Position numbers and translations under genes: made by a program. The notes beneath the pieces were generated by a model that was given only the letters and a program-made list of their open reading frames with translations, was not told the origin of the DNA and made no database searches. Below, one piece after another: positions 11,129 to 21,717 of a stretch of DNA of 64,000 bases. Origin of the DNA: Podarcis pityusensis. Lineage: Eukaryota. The first letter of the stretch is position 1. Every line of letters begins with the position of its first letter. The DNA is taken from assembly GCA_964106645.2 (NCBI GenBank), contig OZ067042.1; one strand, written 5' to 3'.

Positions 11129-14100
11129 GTAGGTGGCTATGTAGGTGGAATTTTTTTCAGTAGTAGAGCTTGTAGACAAGTACTGCTGTAATCTGCTGAA
11201 GTACACCCACACACGGAAGACAAGCACTACCAATCCAGTAATTCTAGCGGATGTTTTGGTTTTGTCGCCAACCCATTTGGATACAATTGGCACCCATTCA
11301 ACTGAGGTGTGTCAGTAGAGCTCTGAGGGGGGGCGGGGAAATCTGGCCGTGTGTCTTCCATCAGGGCACCAGCTTTTGTGCAGTTTACAAAAAAAGAAAA
11401 TAATAAAACAAGAAAGAGCTCCCTCTCTATTATCACCCTCATCTCCTTCCCTTACCCCCCAAATTAGTGCCTTGTTGCATACCTGTGTGAGAGTATAGTG
11501 GAAAGTGGAAGAATGACTTACCCTAGCTTCAGAGAAGGACTGGCAAAGACTTGTTGGAGGTCTTGCTCTCAAGTGGGGCTAAATAAATTATTCCACCCTC
11601 TACTTTTTTATATTATTGTACTGTTGTCTGTCATGGTCACAATTTTTTCATAAATGCTTTCAATTCATGATGTCTTTACCAAACATCTTGGTGCTAGCTA
11701 TTGGTGAACTATTCCTGTGCAATTCTCATTTGCCACACTTTTCTTCCATTGAGTTATTCTAACTGTGGCTGCTTGGTTTCAGAGATCAGTGTCTCGATTT
11801 AACAAGAGAGAGATGTGCGTGGAAGCTGCCTTTTGCATGCATGACAAACCCTGCCTTTGTGCTGGCAATGCAGATGCATTGTGAATGAGCATTGGACACT
11901 AAAATGTTCATTCAAACCCTGATGAAGTGGCTGGCTTCATCTTTAGATGTGAAGGGGATGCAAACCTGCATAAATCTACCAATTAATACGCATGACTGTT
12001 TGGTCACAGCTATGGCTGAATTGCAGCCAAAATCCCATAGGCAGGAAATAAGCATAGCATGTACATTCAGAAGGAAGTAATAGCTCACTGATAAGTATTT
12101 CCAAGTTTACAGATTGTACCTAATAGAAATTGGTAAAATCTCTAAAGCTTCCCAGACATAATTAATTAATCACTGAAAGGCACCAATCATGTAAGGGAAA
12201 ATTTAAATAGAGGCCAGATGTCAACAGTATCAAGACATTGTTGCAAGATCACAAGTGGAAGGGGGGTAATCAATTTATTTCATTTAAAAACATTGCTCCT
12301 CTGCTTTTGCCACAGATACTTTTGAGCTGTTTCACAGAATTAGAATAATATACAAGATGACATAAAAGCTGAAATACACCCACACAGCCCCAACATATTA
12401 GACCCTACCAAACAGATGTTTAAGCCAAGTCTTGCAAGCACTATGGAAAAGTTAATACAAGTAGGCTTTGACAGACCTCCTGTACAGCTGGTTCTACAAA
12501 GTCCTATAATTGAGAAGGGTGTGCTTTATATCTGGTAGGATGACCAGATCCTGTAGCTTTAAGGGTTATATTGTAGAGGTTTCACCTTAACATGAGAAGC
12601 TGGACCTCTGAAATTCCTTCTTCATACAGGTATAATAGGTACAGGATACCTGACCTCCTTTGCCACTGGTCATTGTATTGTTCCTGCCAATCTTACCTCT
12701 CTTATTGCAGACAATCTGATATGCATTAGCAATTTTGTTGAATCTGCTGTCTTGATTATTTCTTTAGACTGCAGTCCTGTGCACACTTTCCTGGGAGTAA
12801 GCTCCATAGAACTCAGTGAGTCTTAGATCTAAGTGTGCAGGTGTGGGTGTGCGGGTATAGTTTTGTTTTGTTTTGCAAAGGCAGGAATTTGTTCTTCTGT
12901 AAATTAGGTAACCTATGTTCTTATGCAGCTGCACATATTTGCATGCAGAAGCCTGTAGCCTTACATGGAGAGGAGAGGCACATTAATATGCTACCAAGCA
13001 ACATTTTATTAATTCCATTTATTGAGAGAAAACAAAGACAGCATCTTAGTTTAGTATTTTGGCTCCTAAAGATGAAGTGTTGTTTAAAACTTATAATCAA
13101 CACCTGTGGTATCAAAATCCTCACATTATCCTTCCCTAGTTCTTATTTCTTCACATGCATAAGAGAGTATCTGTATACCCTCTTTTGAGGTGATTTCCCT
13201 TACAAACCAGGAGCTGTCGCCGACCATTTTTGCCACCACCAAATTCATAGCCCACATTTTGTGCCATGAACGGAGTGGAATGAAGCTGTCAGACCACAGG
13301 GCCGATTCATTCCTGGTACTCTGCAGTCTGATTCCTCTTGGGAGTTCCTGGGGGAGTAGCGCTGGGATGTGCCGTAATGCTTGAAAGATTTCCAGGAAAC
13401 ATTTCCTCTGCTTTAGTGACTGTGTCACTGACAGATGGGCATGTACTGTGTCTTAAATGTTTAGGACCTTTACATTTGTCCTCAGCGTGTGAGCACTGAA
13501 AATCCCTTTCTTCTCAAGCTAAAAAGGACAGGATAAGAAAGCTGATACGTCCCCAGCAGCTTGAGGCTCTATCCCCACCTGACCTTCAGGGGGAACCTTA
13601 CTACAGTAGGAGAACTCAATAGCTTTGGATCACACAAGCACATGATCTACAAGGCTTTTACTTTTTTCTGCATAACACTCAGAATTTCTGGAGTCTGTCC
13701 TCTTCCACGTGCTTTCTTTGGACAACAGTCTTTCTACAGATATAGAAAGGAAATGGGGACTGCACTGTATGTAGTGACTAGATGACCCTCTGTGTCCTTT
13801 TCATCTTGTATTTATGTCTCACACACATGATAGTGTCTGCCATACCTAATGAAGTTTTGGAGGCCTCTGTGCACATATCTTAATTTTTTCACAACTTCAA
13901 GCAAAATTAAATATCGGAAGCTAAGTCCTTGGTTCCAACTGTCCAGTCAAAATTTAAGTATTGAATTTAGGGTTCATATTTTTATTTAAGCAGCATGTCA
14001 ACCAGGATAAGACTTTTGTATACTTGAACGATATTTTTAAAAAAACACTCCCTGAAGACAGATTAAAAGTTGTTATACAAAAACATGACTTTTCATTTTA

Positions 14101-14567
14101 AAAATAATCTCAGAAGTTCAATTTCAGTCCCAGGATGGATGGATTCAATTTACAATACCCTTGCTATTCAGTCTCCATGGGACTACAAAAAATTATTTTG
14201 ATGAGCAAGACACAAATGTACAGTACTAATAAATTGACAGCTGGCTCACACGTGATCTTGGCCCTACCCCAAGATCACTTAGATCACACAAGGTCTCACC
14301 ACCAACTCACATCTAATCTATGCTTATATAAATTCTCTTGTTTGTGGGAGCTGGCGCATCTCTGCAGGATGCGTATATATCAGAGGTCTAAGGTTTTTGA
14401 ACTTGTACCAATATGGAAATTGTAGAGGTTTCATATGCTACACCCACATAGAAGCATCAGTTCACTGTGACATGACATGAAGATGGCCCAGCTATAGTTA
14501 CTTGTAATTTTAAATTAAAAGGTATAAGGTTAAATAAATAAATCAGTAAAACAACAGAGTAGAAAGA

Positions 14568-14648
14568 TTAGCCGCTCTGAGCCCGGCTTCGGCTGGGGAG
14601 GGCGGGATATACCGGTAAATAATTTATTATTATTATTATTATTATTAC
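14568..14648 (+). mobile_element. 3' tail of an L2-type LINE/SINE with (TTA)n tail
   Basis: ttagccgctctgagccc...gggcgggatata followed by (tta)n. Confidence 0.55.
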
Positions 14649-14799
14649 TAAAGCTACTTACAAAAATCACAAAAATACCTAGGGAGCTATGGGTTCAGAG
14701 TGGAGAGCTCACTAAAAGTACCTGTTTCACCAGTGAAAAATAAAAATTCAGTGTTATGAAATACTAAAGACGGACTGAAATTATCAAATAAAAGTATGA

Positions 14800-15295
14800 T
14801 CACTCTGAATACTATGTACATTTCTGGTCCTCTCTCTCAAAGAGTATGCCAGTTTGCTGAAAGAGCAACAGTCTTTGGGGATTATTAGTCTGGAAAATAT
14901 AAAACTAAGGAGGGATATAATAAGGATTTATAAAACCACACATTTTTATCAAGTGAATGATGAGGGAGAACAATAGAGTAGAGCTTAGCAGTGTAAGGTT
15001 TAGAAGTCAAAAGGGAAGCACTTAAACATGCAATGCCTTATTAACATTTATTATGGCGAGATATAATGTCTCTTAGCTTAGATTGCTTTTAATTAATCAA
15101 TAATTAGTCAATGGCTATTAGCCATGTCATAGCATCTCCATCTTCAGAGGCTCTAGGTCTCTGGGGACCAAACTCTGGGGACAAGCAGTGGAACAGAGTT
15201 TCTTGGTTTTAAGCCATCTAGAAGCATCCAACTGTCTGTTATTGGGGAATTAATATTAAGTGTAGGTAAATATTGGGCTGATCCAGTAAGACAAT
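14800..15295 (+). mobile_element. Old degenerate CR1 LINE 3' region
   Basis: gaatactatgtacatttctggtc, ttagtctggaaaa...aggaggggatat-like and tcaatggctattagccatg motifs; boundaries approximate. Confidence 0.5.
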
Positions 15296-18200
15296 GCATT
15301 TGAAGACTGTAAAATGTAGCAATTTTGAGAGACAGCTACATTTTTTCCATTCATTTTCAAGATACCATATAACATGATATCATAAGTTCCCATGCTGAAT
15401 GGACCTGTTGTGTAACATTTACTAATATTAGGTTATGTGTTTTTATATTATAAAACTCCCTGTGATGCTCGGGTGAGGGGCAATGTATAAATTTAATTGT
15501 TATTAACACCAGTGATGAAGAACCTGTGGTCCACCACATGTTCTTGGACTGCAGCACCCATCATCCCTGACTATGAGCCAATACAGGCTTGGGTTGACAA
15601 TATGTAGAGAGCCACACATTCCCTATCCTTGCCTTAGGCACTGGAAATGTCTATATGGTGGCTCAATAAACAAAAAGAGGTTTGCCAGTCCATCTAATTA
15701 TAGCTGTTAGACATCATGTGTAGGAGCTTGTGAATGCTGCATATTCTATAGTGAAAAGTACGCATCTCTTCCAGAATGCCAGGATTCTAATAGAAACAAA
15801 ACATCTTTATACTGTTTCTCTTCCCACAACATTGCCACTTATTTAATATTATGCACTGGGTTCAGAAACTTGTTTTTGAGGAAATATGGAAGGGCCTTCG
15901 TCAAGTTCATCTATATTAACACAGATTTTCTAGCTTGGTTTGAAAAGTCAACAAAACTATCTGAAGTGAAAAGATGCACTTGTCAGGTATTTTTGATGGA
16001 TTACTTTCGAAGGGGAGAATAGTTTTTCTAAAATACTTATTACGGTGTCAGATTAAATGATAGGAATTTACTTTTCAACTAGCTATCTTGTTATCTGATG
16101 GTAAAGGAAGCTGGTCAAGTAGAAACTTATAATTGCTTGACTTTTATGTGGGGAGGGGGAATTGAATTTCCCACCTCTTCCTCTAGAAGGATTAATTCAG
16201 TTCTACCTGTTTTGCTCCAGTCCTTTTCATGCAAAATAATAAACCCTCCATGAAAGATGTTGTTTACTAGTTCACTATCCTTGTCACTTTTGTTGGTAAA
16301 ATAAAATCTATATATTTTATACCATAAATTTAAAACTGTTTCAATAATATTGTGTAAAAAAATTTGATCCTTAATTATGCAGTACACCATTGAAATGTCT
16401 GAGTTGTTTTGGTCCCCTCTGTGGAATTATTTATGGAAAGGCTATGAAACATTAATCTTTGTGGATTGTGAGTATGGTAGTACTATATAGCTGAGATACT
16501 AGTTCCATTCTGGAAATCACCTTATATGTGGTAGAGATTAAGTTGAGGCTTAAGTTGGGTAATTACTCAGTTTCTGTAGTAGTGCCACAAAATTCCCAGC
16601 AGGTGCATTAAATCTGAACAAAACAAGCAAGCACAGACACAGCCTTCCATCAGCAAAAGTTCACCTGAACAAGACTTTATTTGTCACATCCAAATCGGCA
16701 GGGTAGCAGTTTACAACCAGAATGAGCAAGGAGGAACAAGTTCAAAGACCTTATGCCTGGAGACCTGCATGAGCTACATTTTCAAAAGGAACGTTCACAT
16801 CTCCTCTTCTTACTGGTACATTCCAGGGAACATAAACATCATAGTGGACATGCTGAGTTGAAACCCAAAATGAATCGCTGAAGTGGGAACTAGACCAAGC
16901 TATTGAAGAGAAGACATCACAGGTCTAGGAAAGCCTCTCGCCCACCTACCTTAGGGTTGTAGCCAAATCTTCACTAAGCCCAAAGCTTTCTCGTTCCGAG
17001 AGCATGCTTTCAGTTTACCCGCTGATGAACAGAGATCTAGTCTCTGTTACTCCCTTGTGAATTTCCATTAATATCTCCTTATTAGAAGCAGAACATGCAA
17101 GTAACCACCAGGCTAACCACACTACGCAGAGCCAATAAAGCAAGGTGAGACTGAGCAGCCTTTTAATGTTTGCTCAGCATTGCCCGTTCTGTTGTAGGGA
17201 AAGCAAATTTACTGAACATAGACACGAGCCCTATTCAGGCCTTACACTAATGAGGGATGTGAGAGGGCAGATGGGTGTGAGCATGCTAGCTTTACTTCAC
17301 ATACACCCACAAGGTTGCTCTCCGTGACTAATTGCAGCAGGGAACTGGCTTCTGCTTGTGATAAAAGTGAGCTCTGCATCATGGAGGAATCCTAACCAAG
17401 TGGGAAAAACCTCCCCGCAGACCGTTGCAGTCAGCTTGTGAGGGGCAATGGCAACAGTGATGGGGTCGAGCCTAGCATGTTCACCCCCATCTTCCTTCTC
17501 AGGTGTTTTATTTCCTTACTAGTATAATACTTGGATAGGACTGCTGTTCTTCTCATTTCTTGGCGTATTAAAAATAAGAATGATGCTTCCTTAAGGTTCA
17601 TGGGGAAGTTGAGCCTTATTTCTAATACGTACGTCTTTGTTTGTTTGTTTGTTTGTTTGTTTAAATTTATATACCCCCCTTCATCATAAGATCTCAGGGT
17701 GGTTTACAAAATGAAATACAGGATAAAAACACAAGTAAATAATTAAAACTGTTGACAGGAAAAGGTTTCCTGCTGAATGCAAGTTTGCAATCCATTTTTA
17801 ACTTTATTTGTTCATGCGATTTTGTCAGACATTGTAGAGCATATTTTAGGTACAATATTTTCCCACCCATCCGCAGTCCCATTTGTTCTGACTGGATGAA
17901 GAGCAGAAGTATGTAATGGTAATTTATGTAACACAAACAGAGTCTTGATTGCTGGCCAGTTTTGGATTCTTTATGGGAAGTGTTGACATTAAATGCTCTG
18001 ACACGGTTTTATCCAATAGTAGTAGTCTATATTAGTAGTCTTCAGCGCTTCAGATCCAAGACCCACCTTTAACCCAAACACACATTTGGCAACTGATTTA
18101 TTTTATCATACATTTATGTGCTGCTCTTTGTACACGATGTAAGTTATACTCTTAGGAGTTGTGAAGTGTCGCTATGACTAGAATGAAATGTTAAGTAGAA

Positions 18201-18363
18201 AGTGGGCAATTTGAGATGCTGAAAAGCGTTGTGTTGCCACAGACATTGAAATGTTTTCAAATATGTACAATTCTAGCAAGCTTTGCAGAACGTTCCTTTC
18301 CTCTTGCCTCTTTTTGAAAGTAGGTTCTGTAACAACCCTTTCATGTATTTGTGTTTCATTCAG

Positions 18364-18412
18364 GGCAAAAAGAAGAAAAGGAAAAGGGACAAACAGCCAG
18401 GAGAGACCAATG
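18364..18412 (+). CDS. TCF7L2: TCF7L2 exon 12 (49 nt), basic tail/NLS GKKKKRKRDKQPGETN
   Basis: ttcattcag|GGC ... AATG|gtaagt. Confidence 0.98.
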
Positions 18413-18943
18413 GTAAGTAAAATGGAATGTTTCACGTATTCCTTAGTGGAACAATGAAGGCCATAAGTTACTAATACTGTGCATAAGAAGAAAGTTTGAA
18501 ATCTCCCAACCTTCTTGCCACAGGGCCATTACTACATCCAGCTTTTTCCTGTTGGATTTTAAGTACAGTTAAATTCTTATTGCTCGCCTTTTAAAACTAG
18601 TAGCCACGTAAATGCATGAATAGCATATTATAATGGTAGTTATGTTTGTCCTTAATAACTGCAGAGCTACTCACTGTAGAGCCATAGTTTGTTAATGCCT
18701 GTGCCATTATTACCAAAGGTGTGTGTGAGAGAGAGAGTTTGGTATTAATCTGGGCTGTTTCTGTGTGAACTGATGCATGCCTTTACAGTGGTAAATTGCA
18801 GCCATTTTTTTTAAATTAAGGAGGTTTGCCATTCTTTCTAGAAAATTAGAAATACTGCATAGGCAATCTCATAGTCAATTTTGAAAAAGCCCTGATTAAT
18901 TTTTTTCTTTGAAGCCTTTGTATAATTTGTTCTTTTTTTTCAG

Positions 18944-18994
18944 AACACAGCGAATGTTTCCTAAATCCTTGCCTTTCACTTCCTCCGATTACAG
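18944..18994 (+). CDS. TCF7L2: TCF7L2 alternative exon 13 (51 nt), EHSECFLNPCLSLPPIT
   Basis: ttttttttcag|AACAC ... ACAG|gtgcta; known cassette exon peptide. Confidence 0.96.
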
Positions 18995-19808
18995 GTGCTA
19001 ATGTCATTTTCAGCCATTTAAAATAGTTTGTAAATTGCTCTTTTTTTTATCCTGCCATTTTAGATTTTATTAACATTTAAACACTGACATTAAAAATAAA
19101 TTTATCATTCACACGTTTGTAGCGTATATATATGTGCTATGGTTAGTTTTTTTTCTTTGTTTCTGATTTGTTATTCATTACAGTTGCTATTAAACAGTAA
19201 TGCAGTAAAAATAACTCATTTGTACTAACTGTGCAAATTGAATATGCAGTATTTCTTTAAAGAGACTGATATAAAAAGCTTAATAATGAACCTCCTTAAT
19301 CTAATGGCATTTTATGCGGCACCCACTAAGTCTTCTCATGCCTGCATGCGATATATATATCTGTATAGAGAGATATATATAGACATATGCCTTTCTACTC
19401 AAACATATCCATTGCTATTCACCTGCTTTACCTGCATACCACTTGCTTCCATGCTTCTGATCATTTTATTTCTGGCTGAAACTAACATATCCATTTTGCT
19501 ATCTGCTTATTCTGAGCCATTTCTTTTTTTCTTTTTTAAATTATTTTTTAAAAAATACAAATTGAATGTTTATTCCCAAAGCTGCATTATCCCCCCCCCA
19601 AGAAGAAAGCATGTTAGCTATTTCTATACTAAGTTCCTTGTCTCCCCCCCACACACCTTTTTCCCCTATAGAAATAAATATTTCTATATCAAAAGAGAAG
19701 TCCACCAAATAGTGTTCTTCACAAACCCGCTGCATTTCTTGGGGGCTTGTGCAGAAACAGTAGACGGGTTGTGCCTCCAATGCCTCTTGAATCAATTGCA
19801 ATTCTTCC

Positions 19809-19844
<36 letters not shown>

Positions 19845-19971
19845 ACAGTCCTTTCCAAAGGGATACTGCAGCTTTAATTGCAACAGCTAATTTCAAAAGT
19901 TTGATAGATGTGACAATCACTATTTAAAGAAAATAAAACAATCAAAAGTTGATATTTTGCAGTTAATAATG

Positions 19972-20100
19972 NNNNNNNNNNNNNNNNNNNNNNNNNNNNN
20001 NNNNNNNNNNNNNNNNNNNNNNNNNNNNNNNNNNNNNNNNNNNNNNNNNNNNNNNNNNNNNNNNNNNNNNNNNNNNNNNNNNNNNNNNNNNNNNNNNNNN
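19972..20100. other. Assembly gap (129 N), ending 15 nt before exon 14
   Basis: Run of N. Confidence 0.99.
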
Positions 20101-20115
20101 CTTGACCTCATTCAG

Positions 20116-20188
20116 ACCTGAGCGCTCCTAAGAAATGCCGAGCGCGCTTTGGCCTTGATCAACAGAATAACTGGTGCGGCCCCTGCAG
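20116..20188 (+). CDS. TCF7L2: TCF7L2 alternative exon 14 (73 nt), C-clamp [24 protein letters not shown]
   Basis: ttcag|ACCTG ... TGCAG|gtgtgt; CRARF motif. Confidence 0.98.
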
Positions 20189-20520
20189 GTGTGTATAGTC
20201 TCCCCACCCCCACCCCGACTTGCTATGGCTGGTTTTGCAGCTGGTTTATTTGGTACTTCCCCCTTCCCCTCCCTCTCCTCCTGCTTTGTTGCTTTGTAGC
20301 TCTGTGTTGTGATCTAGAAGACACAAGGGAGTGGGACGCTGCCGTGAATGATCATCTCTTTCTGTTTAAAGGATTTCGCTCTCTTCCGCCGCCCCCCCCC
20401 CCCATTTTTGTTTCCTCCACCCACCTGCACACTGCCGCTAGCTGGAAAATTCCCACTGTAAGACAGCATCAGCCTAGGCTTGCACACACAATCCCACCCT
20501 CCTCTCTGGAAAGTTCCATA

Positions 20521-20522
<2 letters not shown>

Positions 20523-20572
<50 letters not shown>
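20523..20572. repeat. (TA)n(CA)n microsatellite between exons 14 and 15
   Basis: Direct reading. Confidence 0.95.
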
Positions 20573-20573
<1 letters not shown>

Positions 20574-20826
20574 TTGCTAAACATCCTTTGATACCACAGT
20601 GCAGAGTTCAGCAGAGAAGACACAGGGCTAAGTGAGAGAATGCACAGCAGGCTTAGGCATTGTAAGTGTGTGTCGCCTTGTGGAGATCCTCTTTCTTTCT
20701 TGCCCTTTGGTCTGCGAGATTGCCAAATGAACGGGGAGAAATGTTAGCTGTAGCTAAGATTTCGCATCCAACTGAGCTCTATCCACCATTGTGTTGTATT
20801 TTTTTGTGTTTACCTTGTGCTAACAG

Positions 20827-20899
20827 ATGCAAATACTCCAAAGAAGTGTCGGGCATTGTTCGGGCTTGACCGACAGAGTTTATGGTGCAAACCGTGCAG
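20827..20899 (+). CDS. TCF7L2: TCF7L2 alternative exon 15 (73 nt), C-clamp variant [24 protein letters not shown]
   Basis: gctaacag|ATGCA ... TGCAG|gtatac; CRALF motif, paralogous to exon 14. Confidence 0.97.
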
Positions 20900-21692
20900 G
20901 TATACTACCCATTAGGCCTTTGGGAACTAAAAGCATTCTGTCATCTTAGTATTAAATGTATGGTTTATTTTTAACCCCTCCCCTTCCACTTCTCGCCTTC
21001 CTTGCTTCTACGACATTGATTGCTAATCAATTTTTGATCTTCAGAATTCTTTGCTAATTCAATGCAAATTTCTTTTCCTTCTTGACCAATAACCTCTCTT
21101 TTGGTAGTAGAACTGGGAGTTGGTACACACATCCCCAAGATGCAGAAACTAACATTTTCTTGGTCAAACAAGTGTGTTAAGTGGACATCCGTACAAGTGT
21201 CTATGTGTATGCTCTCAGTCTCCAAAGGATATTTGCAGCACTGGTATTTTCACTGTGATGAAAGAGGATACAAATTAGAATTTCTGCTTGGATCTAAGTT
21301 AATAATATATTGGGAGTCTATATAACAAATTCTTCTGTATATTTTTGAATCAATCTTGTGTGCTTATGAAAGCTCAACTAAAATTCATATTAGGCACATT
21401 CATAAGGTGCCTGGCAAAAAAAATTGCAGTAGTCCATTTGTCGCTGGCTTGTTAAGTTGACATTTGCTTGGCAAGTTGTTTTGGGATTTTAATCAAATTA
21501 CAGGACATTGTTCTGCATTGTTCAGCTTAATGGCACCGAAGACCAAAACATTTGAAACAACCCATGTTCTACTGCAGGATAAATTCAGTATGCACTTGTT
21601 TCTTGGTGAAGGGAAGCAAACTATCTCTTGTTGCATTCTTTTTTCCCCTTAATATGGTTAAATTTGTTATTTCTCTGTTCCGATCCAAGCAG

Positions 21693-21717
21693 TCTTTGAA
21701 TTTGGAATATTATGATG
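21693..21717 (+). CDS. TCF7L2: TCF7L2 alternative microexon 16 (25 nt, stop-containing)
   Basis: ccaagcag|TCTTTGAATTTGGAATATTATGATG|gtaggt; matches my recollection of the 25-nt mammalian exon 16 (13b). Confidence 0.88.

Noticed and set aside
11919-11945. CUGAUGA hammerhead-like box
   Set aside because: No GAAA box or stem I/III pairing.
17022-17050. CUGAUGA followed by hairpin acagaga/tctctgt
   Set aside because: The stem is followed by TAC, not GAAA; not a hammerhead.
19238-19927. 229-aa ORF
   Set aside because: Low-complexity AT-rich intron with a (TTA)n run; no domain and no matching splice structure.
20149-20580. 143-aa ORF
   Set aside because: Off-frame read-through of exon 14 into intron and microsatellite.
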